From: Asterias rubens
Taxonomy: Eukaryota
NCBI RefSeq assembly: GCF_902459465.1
Contig: NC_047074.1
Coordinates: 7,626,001 to 7,690,000 of the forward strand
Direction of reading: 5' to 3'
DNA: 64,000 nucleotides
Part shown: piece after piece, positions 1 through 11,670 of the stretch
How the letters are laid out: each line of letters opens with the position of its first letter
Numbering within the stretch: position 1 is the first letter of the stretch
Notes under the pieces: model-generated
The model's input: the letters and a program-made list of their open reading frames with translations, nothing else
Database searches by the model: none
What the model was told of the DNA's origin: nothing
Translations under genes and position numbers: made by a program

Positions 1-150
1 GAGTGATGAAATTAGTTTTCTTTATTTCTAAACAAATAAACATTTCAAGAGTTGTTTTCTACTGTCATTATCATTAGATCGTGTAAGTTAAATATAAATC
101 TGTGATCTTCACGATTTTTTTCCTAACCAATTCTTTAATGCTCCTTTGAA
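1..150. mobile_element. Right end of a non-autonomous TTAA-type (Kolobok-like) element, same family as 3359-3648 and the termini of 20241-25993
   Basis: Shares ATTTCAAG.G.TGTTTTCTACT.TCATTATCATTAGA.CGTGTAAGT...AAATCTGTGATCTT with 25880-25950 and 3543-3605. Confidence 0.7.
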
Positions 151-229
151 AATAATGAAACAACATCAACAATTTGTCAACACATTGCAGTATTGAAGTA
201 AGGTTTAGTATCACATCTTTTGAATTCAG

Positions 230-3200
230 ACAATTACCAATGCACCGAAGTGGTCCCGAGACGTCTCCAAGCTTCTCAACCCCGAGCATGAACACGATTG
301 GAGGTACCTGGCTATACGTCTCGGCTTCACTGGAGAAGATGTCCGTAACTGGGCACTGTCTCCAGACCCTACGATGTCCCTACTGGCGGAATGGTACACT
401 GTACATAAGAGTAGTGAAGCTACGTATGCTATACTGACTGCATTACAGGATATGGGTAGAGAAGATGCGTCCGCCATAGTGGAGGAATCATTGCAAGCTG
501 CAGGTATGATGACGTCACGGTGATGACGTAGTTTGGTATCTCCGTTTAATACTGGTTACTCTTTGATATTCTCACAGCGAACGTGTTCTTCCATACATCA
601 ACATTTTTACAACGGTAAGAATCTTAAAGGCACTAGAAACTTCTACTCAAAATGAGTCCTAGTAATAGCATAAAAACTTACTTAGAAACGAGCAATGGAG
701 AGTTGTTGATAGTATACAACCTTGTGGGAAACGGCTCCCTCTGAAGTAACGTTTTTTGGGGGAAAGAGGTCATTCTTACTCAAAGTCTTTTGATACTTTT
801 CGGCATCTAAAAAGCACATCAAGTTGTGCAACATGGGTGTTTTTTCTGTCATTGTTCTCTTGCAACTTCGATGACCAACTGAGTCCAAATTTAACAGATT
901 TGTTATGTTATTCATATAATTATGGGATACACCAAGTGAGAATACTGGTCTTACCAAAATGTGTACAGTGTCTTTAAATGGATACCTTTCCAAATAAATA
1001 ACAAGAGACACACGACAAGCTGTTTACCCCAGAAAACATGCATTATATCTGTATTCTGTTTTGATCCGTTGTACTAATGAAGTGATTGATTAATGTTCAT
1101 TAAAATTACCGAGACTTAATCATGATATAAAAACGCTTGACACAACAAAACAATAATACATGTATATGTTAATTTTCCGTGCGTGACAGATGCTCTGGTA
1201 CCCAAGGCTGCCCCCGAAATGTCAGAGAAACCCCCTCGGGTCTTCATCAGCTACCAATGGGATCACCAAGCAGAGGTGAAAGTCATCAAGGAACATCTTG
1301 AGAAAGCTGGCTTTGGTTGCTGGCTGGATATCGGTCAGATGGGAGGTGGTGATAGCCTCTTTGCTAAGATCAACGACGGCATGAGAGCTGCAAAGGTAGT
1401 CCTCTGTATGTGCACCGAGAAATACTCCAAATCAGAAAACTGTAATAAAGAGGTGAGCGCACATGATTCTATATGTCACCATCTTGGTGATGTTCCCTGT
1501 TTCATGAATGCTAACATTCATTGTGCACACATGGCACCAGACTATTATTTCATCCAGCCTCAGTTTGGTTACAACTAGTAGGAATGGAGTAAAATCAGAG
1601 ATGGTCTTACCGTGATAAAGGGCTATACTGTCGACAGTCATAAATTTCACTATACAATACCATACTGACCACAGTACGCCGCACCTTTTCTTTGGATTAG
1701 TCTATCTGTGCATATTCGCCATGCTAGTTCTTTACAATGTTTTAAGCTGCTTATATGTAATCGTATATTTTACTTATTGTATATTTTATTGTTCTTCGAA
1801 TGTGCTGTGAGGCTTTTTGCATTAGGCGCTTTACAAATGTCCTAACCATTACTACATTGTAGGCCTATGTTGAAGTATTCCTCACAAACTTGAAATCCCA
1901 TATACCATTCAATCCATGCCAACATTGAAGCCCTTTCCTCTACAACAGGTGAATCTTGCCAACCTGTTGAACAAGCCAATCATTCCTGTACTCATTGAGA
2001 AGACAGCTTGGCCACCAGCTGGCTCTATGAGTATGTTGTTTGCTCAGCTTCTCTACATCCAGCTTTATAACGACAAGGAATACATCAGAGGAGACAAGTT
2101 TTGGGGAGACGCAAAGTTTGCTGAGTTACTTGGACAGATTAGTTACCATGCTGCTCCGGATGAAGACATGATTTCTGACGGTAAGACTTCATTAACTTCT
2201 TCATAGTTCACAAAGTAAACATAAAATAAAATAGTGGCTTCTTATAGTGCGAACAACCGTCACTCAGTGACGCTCAAGGAGCCTCAACATTCATCTTTAT
2301 CCTGCAAGGTATGTGGGACCGCGTTTGAATCACGAGACCTACCGGGGCGAACCCCTTCTCTTTTCGATAGAGTACACTGCATTACACTGCATTACACACC
2401 GCACGGGCCCAAGGCATTACGTCCCATCCGAACGACGTAGCAATGGTTAAGTGTCTTGCTTAGGGACATAGGTGTTAAGACTGGGACTGGTTCACCCATA
2501 CTCTGCTGATCAGAAACACAGAGTTTGAATCTGGCTCTGTATACCGCTAGGCCGTGGCCCGCCATGTTAATGTTAAACAGTTGGCAAACAAACCAACCAT
2601 GAAGTCATAAAGCTGTATTCATAAATACCCAAGACAGTTTCTCTAATCCTATTAGGGGAGAGCGCGTCACGTGGGGGTGTTTAAACGGTTGATAATGACC
2701 AGTGTTTATAACCGGCTGGTTTCCGCGTGTCAGGCGCGCAAGATTATCACGCGGAACTCAATTCATAGCTATTAGAAACAGTGCGTAATCTACTTCTAAG
2801 CGCGCGCGTAGTCCAATTCTAGGCGCGCGCGCGTACTCACAACACGGCAATAGACTCTTTACAAAGTTTTTGAAAAAAATATTTAAAACCTCAAATTTTC
2901 AACTGTCGAAGTGTCTGTAATTGTATTTTTGTAACGTTTTTTTAACGAAAGGGCATTTATGAATGGGAATCAAAGAGTAGTGACTCGTTCTTATATCATG
3001 AAGGGTCGTTGCCGTCATCGGCTCGGGCCTTTATCACACGGCAATTTGACCCTGCCGGCTTTAAACGGCCGTGTAAGAACTCTTAACTACCCTTTTATTC
3101 CCTTAACAAGGTACGGAGCCAGTCGTTGAAAGTGGACATACCTGTTCTTATTGCTGTTCCTTCTTTTCTTTCCTTAATAACAGAGTATCGCAACTGGGTG

Positions 3201-5135
3201 CCCCAGATTGATGATCTTCCTCAAGTTGTCAAGAAAGCAGATACTCAACCATCAACCAACTCATCCACTCATAACCCAACATCACAGGATCAGGTAAAAC
3301 TAAACTTTATAAATCACAGTAGATTAACGGTCATCACTACTTATTGTGTAAAACTTAAAGGAACGTTACAATTTTTGTTGCTAACAAATTTATTGGCAGT
3401 GTAAGTACTTTATGTAATCCACTATATACATAAACTGACAAACCTGTAGAAATTTGAGATCGATCGGCCACTTGGGTCACGAGAAAATAGTGAAAACCGA
3501 TACACATTCTGCATGACATCGGTAAAAAAAATATATATATATATTTCAAGGGATGTTTTCTACTATTATCATCATTAGACCATGAAGCTTCATGAAAATC
3601 TGCGGTCTAAGGCGAGTTTTTATCTTGCCAATCATGTAATGTGTCTTTTTAAAACAACGTTTGTACAAAGCTAGACAAATTAAAGCCTCACAACTTTTTC
3701 CTCTGATTCCTTTCCCCTTGACAGGTGGATAAGTTGATCCCGCAGGTATTTATCTCCTACCAATGGGACAAACAAACTGAGATCAAGAGACTTTACTCTC
3801 GATTGACATCACTGGGATTCAGCTGCTGGCTTGATATCCTCCAGATGGGTGGAGGAGATCCTCTCTACTCGAAGATCGATAAAGGAATCAGGAATGCCAA
3901 GGTATCAACAAGTTCTTATAATAGCACATTTCACAACTACCGTCTCAATTCGCTTTACATTAGTGCCCTGGCCATTGGGTCAATATCCATTTCGTTGATC
4001 TTTCTCAGCTCCCTTGGGAGTACACAACCTTGCCAACCGTGGCTATTTAACAGGCTTGTTAATACACAATATCGACCTCTACCCTCGCAGGTACCCATTT
4101 ATACCCCGGGTGGAGAGATGCAATAGTTAAAACCATTTGCTCAAATCATGACCGCTATTCGAACCCACACTCCGCTGACCTAACCACCATGTCTGGAATT
4201 TAATCCTCTTTACAACTCAGCCATGACACCCTACTTATTAAAAACAAACATTACATTCCTACTTGAGTAGGAAGGTAATGCCTCATAACAGTTGTGTAAA
4301 ATATATGAAGTTTTTATGAAATATTTACTATTTTCCTCAACAGGTTGTGATTTCTAGTGTGACCCCAAAGTACGCCCTCTCTGCAAACTGTCGTCGAGAG
4401 GTCAGCCTTTCCGATGCTCTCAGGAAACCCGTTATCCCGATCCTCATGGAGCAGATGACATGGCCTCCAGAAGGTCCAATGAGCATGCCCTTTGCGCAGC
4501 TTCTCTACATCGACTTCACCAAAGAGTCAACCCAGAAGGAATTCACCGATAACAAATTTGATGAATTGCTGGAGAAGCTAAAAGAACACGCAACAGTTGA
4601 GGAACTCCTCATTCAGCGAAAATTATCAGCAGAGGAGGGCGAAAAAGAGGAAACACAAGCAGAACAACCTGCAACTAAGAAGCCCTGTCAGACCATGGAA
4701 CGGACGGAAGACAAATCGTTGACATCTCTCCCGGATGAAAATCACCTGGAAGAAGCAGATCAACCTGAGCGGCCGAGATTAGCAAGTGACCCTCAGCATG
4801 AGGTAGTTGAACCTGAGAGACCCAAACTGGCTCTTGTAAAGTTCAAAAAATCTTCGTCCGTCATTCAGCAACCAGAACGGGGTTGTCATGAGGAACTACC
4901 CGAGGAACAACCTGTAACTAAGAAGCCAAGTCAGACCATGGAACAGACGGAAGGTAACCCATTGACACCTTTCCCGGATAAAATTCACCATGAAGAAATA
5001 CTAAAGTCTATAGATAAACCTGAGCGGCCAGGATTGGCCAATGGCACTCAGCATGCTAAGGTAGTTCAAGCAGAGAGACCCAAATCTGCTCCTGAAAAGC
5101 CAAAGAAATCTTCGTCTGTTTGTGCAATTATCTAA
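230..5135 (+). CDS. 5'-partial multi-exon gene: Death domain - TIR_2 - TIR_2 - acidic duplicated tail - C-terminal CaaX. Exons 230-503, 1190-1452, 1949-2180, 3184-3293, 3725-3901, 4344-5135
   Basis: All six exons have AG/GT boundaries and compatible phases (0-1-0-1-0-0). Exon 1 translates to a death-domain-like helix pattern ([22 protein letters not shown]...LLAEW...[16 protein letters not shown]). Two TIR_2 domains begin RVFISYQWD and QVFISYQWD with WLDI.QMGGGD and CNKEV/CRREV motifs. The protein ends [10 protein letters not shown]. Upstream exons lie outside the window. Confidence 0.9.
628..973. mobile_element. Kolobok-like MITE, family K1 (termini AGGCACTGGACAC-like)
   Basis: TTAA at 624-627 and 974-977; imperfect TIR AGGCACTAGAAAC / GTGTACAGTGTCT; the body recurs at 26796, 36345, 37993, 38648, 55893, 58082 and 63865. 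Confidence 0.8.
2225..2565 (-). mobile_element. tRNA-derived SINE
   Basis: Minus strand starts GGCGGGCCACGGCCTAGCGG (A-box-like), has a degenerate B box, then GTCCCTAAGCAAGACACTTAACC and ends GCACTATAAGAAGCCACTATTTTATTTT; layout typical of aquatic invertebrate SINE2 families. Confidence 0.65.
2610..2900. repeat. Dispersed unclassified repeat segments
   Basis: 2612-2705 matches the reverse complement of 62715-62812; 2760-2905 matches the reverse complement of 32857-33010. Confidence 0.6.
2935..3110. repeat. Dispersed repeat, inverted copy at about 32105-32320
   Basis: GGGCATTTATGAAT.GGAAT...GTAGTGACTC and ATCGGCTCGGGCCTTTATC...CCCTTTTATTCCCTTA are shared in reverse complement. Confidence 0.7.
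3359..3648. mobile_element. Short Kolobok-like MITE; internally deleted relative of the 5.75-kb element 20241-25993
   Basis: Starts TTAA|AGGAACGTTAC; the left half matches 20255-20410 and the right half matches 25880-25950. Confidence 0.7.
3945..4200 (-). mobile_element. SINE with a Deu/Nin-type conserved central domain
   Basis: CAGGTACCCATTTATACCCCGGGTGGAGAG (4088-4117) is the reverse complement of the conserved CTCTCCACCC.GG.GTATAAATGGGTACC core; TTCGAACCC (reverse B box) follows at about 4159. Confidence 0.6.
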
Positions 5136-5450
5136 ACAATAAGACAAAGTAGAATTGAACAACTTTTAAATGCGCTTGTGTGACTATTGCCTTTATTTGA
5201 ACGGTCAAAGTTGGAACAAATACTTGTTTTGAAGATATTTATTTTTGGTACTGCACGAAGAAATGTAGGAAAGAGGCGCCTTTGCGGAAATTTGTTTCAG
5301 AAATAACATTGTTTGTCTGCACGAGGCGTGGTTTCAATGGAAATGCGGTTCCATTTACAGGGCTGTGTCATTAAGCACGGGCAGCCATTTTGTTTTTCCT
5401 ACTTTCGCATCAACGTATTTTGACGTCATATTATTAATACTTCTTACCTG

Positions 5451-5616
5451 GGCCCAATTTCATAGAGCTGCTACGCACCAAATTTGCTTAGCATTGAATT
5501 TCTTCCTTGATAAAAACAGGATTACCAACAAGTTTGTTGCATATTGCTTTTTACTGGTATTCAACTGTTGTTTGGTAAGCAAATTTTTGTGGTTAGCATC
5601 TCTATGACATTGGGCC
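5451..5616. mobile_element. MITE with CWG target duplication (PIF/Harbinger-related, NuwaI-like)
   Basis: CTG|GGCCCAATTTCATAGAGCTGCT...AGCATCTCTATGACATTGGGCC|CTG; related copies at 23598-23860 and 38836-39064 are flanked by CAG. Confidence 0.75.
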
Positions 5617-6203
5617 CTGAAAACTAAAGTTCCCTGACCGCTTTTGTGGTGCTGAGTTGCGAGTGCGATTGTCTTTAGAGGGCGCACTACGTTGCGTATC
5701 GCCCGACAGGGAAAGAAGTCACGCTTAGTGAAACAATCAAGCTGGGGAAAAGGAGCAACAACACAATTGTGTCCCTTTTTAATTCTGCCTGGCACCAGCC
5801 TAAACAGTATACGGTTTAACTTTTGAAATGAACAATTGTCAAATTGTTTCGACTGTATCCGCTCCCATGAGTGTGAAGATATACATTATAAAATAACTCA
5901 AAAAACAATGCAACTCGAACAGTCTGCACTAATATTACTTGTTACTCTTTAATTCATTTCTCTTCGGTACGTTATTGTGGTCTCAATATTTGATTTTATA
6001 GTGCGTTAAATCAATAATGCCAAGTCTCGTGGGTATTCAACAAGTTTCCGGAACCGTGTGTTCCCTTTAAATACGTAGTATAATTTTTGAAAACTCGCGA
6101 GATTTGCACTTGATAAACAGGATACAGGTGATTGGTACAGTGTTTGCAAAAAACATTTAGTATATATTTACAACATTAGTTAAAGGATACTTGTATTGTT
6201 AAT

Positions 6204-6460
6204 AGGCCGTTTCCGATCAGCTACGGCTACGTCTAAGGTATTCGTGCATCGCCATGCATGTACATGTATTGAGGTATCGGGCAGCCTTGGCAACTCCCTG
6301 AGCAACGGCCGTAGCTAAAGCTTCAGCCGCCATTTCGTTATCGTCGTCACTGCTAATGAGCAATTGGAGGGGAGGCGTGATGAATACCAAGCCCCCTTGC
6401 ACCACATGACCCAATCAGTATTCACCTGGATTTACATAAGTGTTGACATAACGCTTTTTC
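6204..6460. mobile_element. MITE-like repeat, inverted relative at about 36868-37112
   Basis: Shared GCAATTGGAG.GGAGG.GTGATGAA.ACCA.GCCCCCTTGCA and GTATTCACCTGGATTTACATAAGTG; termini AGGCCGT(T/G)TCCGA. Confidence 0.65.
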
Positions 6461-6687
6461 ATGCAGGTGATGGTGGAGCATCAGGAAAGTTTAACGTGTG
6501 TTAAGAAATAAAGTACTTATAAGAAGAGATCAAGCGTTTAATTAGAGGTGACGTCATTCCATACTACAGTGTGACATCATAACCTCATGGAAAGAAGTGT
6601 AACTGTTTATTAAGAAGATGACGGGGAAACGGTTCTTCACGCGTTTCGATTTCAAAAGAGGTAGGCAAGTCAGAATAAAGTGTTCAT

Positions 6688-7558
6688 TTAATAAAGGGAT
6701 TTAATATTCAGATAAGAACCGAGCAACCAAAGACAATAATCATGATTAGAGTATATTTCCTCATCAGAAACATGTGAATCCAGATAGTAGCAGCGGACAC
6801 TCTCTTGAAAATATTCCCTCACGACTTGGTAGCGAGTGGCATTAATAGTGAGCTCACAAAAATGGGGCGTGGAACCAGACGAACTCCGCTTGATGATGAA
6901 TGAAAGACAGTCCTGGCGCTCCATACATCGTCGTCTGCAGACGGCTTCTGTGTCAGTTGGATATATCTGTCCAGGGTGTGGCCGAAGAGACAGCGAGACA
7001 CAAAGTGACCAGTAGACTAATCTATGGTCATGCAGTACACGTTCATAGCAGACTGGCTACGGCTGACTTGGCGAGGACGCTCACAGACGATGAACATAGG
7101 TCGACCTTTGCTCATATCACCCCAAAAGCCAAGTATGTCTGGATTCTTATCATCGTAAACTTGGGTTATCCTGAAGCCATAATCCTGATTTGCCTGCCAT
7201 TTGTCATCATCTGGTTGGTCGGGCTCCCACTTCCGATAATCAGTCAGATATTTACCATTCTCGATGCAGTTCCATTCACCTTCAACTTCAGCATCATTAC
7301 AATTGATCCAAACACCTCCGTGGTGCTGAAACGCATTCAATAGGAACTCATTTTCGCCATCTGAGCTTGGGACCATTAAAGATGCATTGTAACGATCACA
7401 CTGCATTACGGCAGTGGGCTGTGTGCCATTCATGGATCCATCCAGACCCAAGAATCAGCAAAAGGCACCCATCCATAAGGGCACCCTCTCCCTGCAAAGA
7501 CACCCTTGATCACCATGCCAATGACAGATAGAGAAACAACTGAGGTTGAATACATCAT
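6688..7558 (-). pseudogene. C-type lectin + PAN/apple pseudogene (QPD-type)
   Basis: ATG at 7558 gives MMYSTSVVSLSVIGMVIKGVFAGRGCPYGW; a 7-nt deletion relative to the 34.7-kb paralog shifts the frame; CTL motifs GVWINC..WEPDQPD..WGD..IVCE; TAG at 7017-7019; a 2-nt insertion in the PAN region. Confidence 0.85.
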
Positions 7559-8269
7559 CAGATGAAGTAATGAGCACTATTTAACAATGTGAGTCTGCCA
7601 GATTTCTTGAGGTATTAAGAGTGGTGAAATCTTGGTGCTAAAATAGCGAGCATAAGTCAACAGTGAGTATTGCAAACCTGTGACGCAGTAGTATAGACAA
7701 GGCTTTTGCTAAGGTGTTGCGTGTACTACCGAATACGTGACCAAACAACGACTAATTTAATTTAATAATTGCAAGCATTGTTGCGAAGTAAAGCGGAATA
7801 TTTTGTTTAATTATTGGTTACCTGGATACGGTCAAACCTTGATGTAATTTTATTTCGTTTGGCCAAGACGTTATATATTCAGTACGATTAGAACATGATG
7901 AACAATATGCACAAGCAAATTTAGTCAGCCCTGTTACCAGTAGCACACGATAATCAACGGCAATTGCCGAAGGTATAACTTATTCCATCAATAAAACAAC
8001 ATTGCTAACACTGTGAGTACAATTCATTTGAAATGACCATTCTAACCATACACGGTGTCCGCCATTTTTGATCGTTGACTTTGGAAGGTTTTTTAGGCCT
8101 TCACAACCAGCTGGTAACCAAACTGAGTGAGGCCAGTAGGCATACTGGTTCCCTCATTATCCATCATGTGGTCAACTGATGACGGCATGCACTGGTACTC
8201 GTCGCCTTTTGCTTGGGTATTGTGTATTCGTGGGCACGCCATTATACACTTTCGGGACAGAAAAGTTAA

Positions 8270-8510
8270 CAAATAACTTAGAAATATTATTCCATGCAAT
8301 ACTTTAGTTTTTGATCGAGAGTTACGATTTTTTTTAAACACATGTCATGACACGGCGAAACGTGCGGAAACGGGTGAGTTTTCCTGTTATTTTCTCCCGG
8401 CTACGATGACCGATTGAGCCTAAATTTTCACAGGTTTGTTATTTCACTATATAAGTTGTGCTATACACGAAGTGTGGGCCTTTGGACAATTCTGTTTACC
8501 GAAAGTGTTC
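8270..8510. mobile_element. Fragment of Kolobok-like MITE family K2
   Basis: Matches 16190-16380 and 50500-50765 (ACATGTCATGACACGGC...GATGACCGATTGAGCCTAAATTTTCACAGGTTTG...CCGAAAGTGT.CAATGG). Confidence 0.7.
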
Positions 8511-9837
8511 AATGGGTGAAAAAAATAAAAAGCTTAACAAATTAGTGAGCCAAACTAACTATAATTTGTCAGGCCTCAAATTAAATAGTAACATTTTGGT
8601 GGTCATGCAAAAGATACTGGTTATCGTGGCAAAATCACCTTCAATTCTAAAAGGTTAGTTGGCATGCAGCTTTTGATTTTGACAATCGCTCAGTCCCAGT
8701 GTTTTTCAGCAGACCTCGGAAAAGTACTGAGTACACAGTGCTATTACACAAATCGCTGAAGGTAAAACCTAAATTAATATTCTCAATATCCCCGATGCAA
8801 CTTTAACAGCTATCGCGGTACCTGATGAAAAACCATGGAGGATGAAAATTGGATCATAAACTGCTTCCAGTCAATCTCGGTGGTCTATAGTAAAGGATAA
8901 TAGTATAGAATCGACGGTTACGGAAGATTATAGAAACTAACGAAAAGTTTAAAGAATTTTAATGACGGCATTCGAGCAGGGCGCCCTCTTGCTTAGAGGT
9001 AAAAAGGAGGTTGTTCTTTAGCCTGAACATCTAACGTTACACTTCAAGGCTCGTGAATATAAACGTCAGAGACCTACCTCGAGTCCGGCGTGTATATTCA
9101 CTTTTAACCTACCCTCATTTCAAATAGAGACATGCAGTTAAATTTTATTGCGGACGTGACAGCAGTGACTGTTTGGGCATCTTATGTCACTGCACGTTTG
9201 ATATCATTGTATCCAATGGAATCACTAGTTGTAGCGGCAGGAAACTCTCTTTATCCTTGCGGATAAAGACAGGGGCCCAGTCTAACGGGTCAGCAGCTGT
9301 AACAGTTACTTCGAGTGGGCTTGCCAAAAACTTAAGGTGCTTTGCTCTTGGCTGGCAAACAGTAATTATTTAAACAACTCTTGAATAATTGGGCTCTTTC
9401 GGCTAAGTGTTCCGAGGCGAAAGGAGGTTGGCGAAAACTTATGTAAGGGGCTTTGCTGTGGGATGCTGGTGACAGTAATTATTTACACAACTCGTGAATA
9501 ATTTGACTCTTTCTGCTAAGTGCTCTCAGGCTATATTTATTTTATTATATTGTTTGTGTTAAAAAGTGTTTGAATTAATTATTATTATTAAGGTCAATAT
9601 CACTCTCATAGTCCGATCTGTACGATTACTGGATGTTTGGTGTGTAGGTCACTCAGAAAGTAAGGTTCACTATCAGTTATAATCGGTGAGATACTTTCCC
9701 AAAGCCTAGTGACTCTAACTTGAGAAAGCCGGAGACATTAATCAATGCTAGTGAGAACGACTATTATGCTAACTTAAAATTTCAGAACTATTGAGAGCGC
9801 CTCACATTAATATTGAAGAGTAAACCAAAACAATAAT

Positions 9838-10089
9838 GGATGTGTTCGATTAGCTTCCCTGGGTCGACCCCGCAGTGATCACTGGGTGATTCCTGACAAG
9901 TGCTAATCGAACGATCACACTCGCTCTCTCGTGGTGACCCCATACACCTCAGATCGCACCCCCCCCCCCCCCAAGTGACCCACTCCACAAGCAGGGCACT
10001 GGGGGCTGACCCGGGTGAGCCCCGTAAAAACTATTCAAACATACCGGGGCAGACCGGGGTCGACCCAGGGAAGCTAAACGAACGCACCC
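9838..10089. mobile_element. MITE with about 35-bp TIR and AAT target duplication (PIF/Harbinger-related)
   Basis: AAT|GGATGTGTTCGATTAGCTTCCCTGGGTCGACCCC ... GGGGTCGACCCAGGGAAGCTAAACGAACGCACCC|AAT; a shorter relative lies at 54239-54325. Confidence 0.8.
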
Positions 10090-10644
10090 AATGAACATGC
10101 CAGAAGTTTTCCCTTCACTCGTAGTGTTTGAAGGGCGGGCTTGTTTCAAACTATTACAAATTCATTGTCTCTGCCACAACCAACGCCCTAGTAGTAGAGA
10201 CGACCATTGCACAACAAACCAAACGAGTCGTTCGATTGAGTGCGTCGATTGCGCATGTACGTTGCTGGTCAGTGGTCAATCACGGGTCGACTAAATATGC
10301 GCAGTTGAACTTGCTCATAGCTGCCTAACGACCCTCGGTCAATTCTTATAACAGAGCAATTCCATAGGATCCACTGTGTTATTTTGCGCACGTTTTTTAC
10401 ACAGTATCATCAAGTTTATTTATTTCCGTCTGACGCCGCCGTTTCGGTGACAAATGGGGGATATATAAACCGAGGAGAGAACAGCAGAAGTTCTATTAAC
10501 AAGACCAATCGCCTTGCTGATTCGTGTCAACAATTCTACTGTAAACTAGAGTCTTTTTCACACACCTTAAAACTTAAAAGATATCAACGCAGTCAAAGTG
10601 AGCATGTGACGGGTAAACAGATACCGAGCCAGGTGTGTCACGAA

Positions 10645-11670
10645 ATGGCCTATCGAGTTATTGAAAAGATTTGTTACAGTTTGGTGTCACTGTCTGTCAT
10701 CAGCATGGTGATCAAGGGTGTCTTTGCTGCAAGAGGGTGCCTTTCTGGATGGGTGCCTTTTGGTGATTCTTGCTACTTGGGTCTGGATGGATCCATGGAG
10801 GGGCCACTGGTCCACTGCCGTGATGCAGTGTAACCTTCACAACGCATATATAATGGTCCCAAGCTCAGATTGGGAAACCAGATTCGTTATCAATTCATTC
10901 AGCTCCACGACGATCTAATTGGCGTTTGGATCAATTGTAATGATGAACAAGTTGAAGGCGAGTGGATCTGCTACGAGAATGGAAATCCGACTGAATATCG
11001 GAAGTGGGATTATGATCAACCGGATGATGATACGCGCTCTTCTGATCAGGATTATGCCATGATGATAACCAAGGGCAACCCAGCCAGTCTTGGCCGTTGG
11101 CGCGATCTGCATAACGAATTCTCCCAGTCATCAGTCTGTGAGCGTCCCCGTCAGCAAGATGTGGTTAAATCAACCATCTCGCTGTCTCTTCGGCCACACC
11201 CTGGACAAATATCAATCGGATGGAGCGCAAAGACTGTCTCCCATTCAATACCAATCGGAGTTAGCCGCTACTATTCTGATTGCAAACGTGACTAAAAACT
11301 AACGTAACCAGTACATCGTCTGTGAGCGTCCCCGTCAAGCCAGATGTGGTTTATCAACTATCTCGCTGTCTCTTCGTCCACCTTGGACAGCTATCCTATG
11401 GACACAGTAGTCGCCTGCAGACGACGATGTATGGAGCGCCGAGAATGTCTCTCATTCAATAACAATCGGAGTTAGCTGCCACTATTCTGATTTCAAACGT
11501 GAATAACAAATAACTTAAGCAGTACATCGTCTGTGAGCGATACGCCAAGCAAGATGTGGTAAAATCATCTCGCTGCATGTCTCTTCGGCCACACCCTGGA
11601 CAAAATTAAATAGACACAGTAGCCGTCTGCAGACGACGATGTTTGGAGTGCCAAGACTGTCTCTCATTCA
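10645..11670 (+). pseudogene. C-type lectin + PAN pseudogene with a triplicated CTL/PAN junction
   Basis: MAYRVI...KGVFAARGCLSGWVPFGDSCYL; +1 frameshift near 10800 creates a TAA, -1 frameshift near 10899; WDYDQPD and WRD motifs; junction segment repeated at 11134, 11318 and 11529. Confidence 0.85.

Noticed and set aside
6900-7343. Plus-strand ORF, and similar antisense ORFs at 34939-35397 and 31002-31265
   Set aside because: Shadow frames opposite the C-type lectin coding sequences.
8093-9480. Short ORFs and a 50-bp direct repeat (about 9359 and 9472)
   Set aside because: No splice-compatible chain or recognisable domain; left unannotated.
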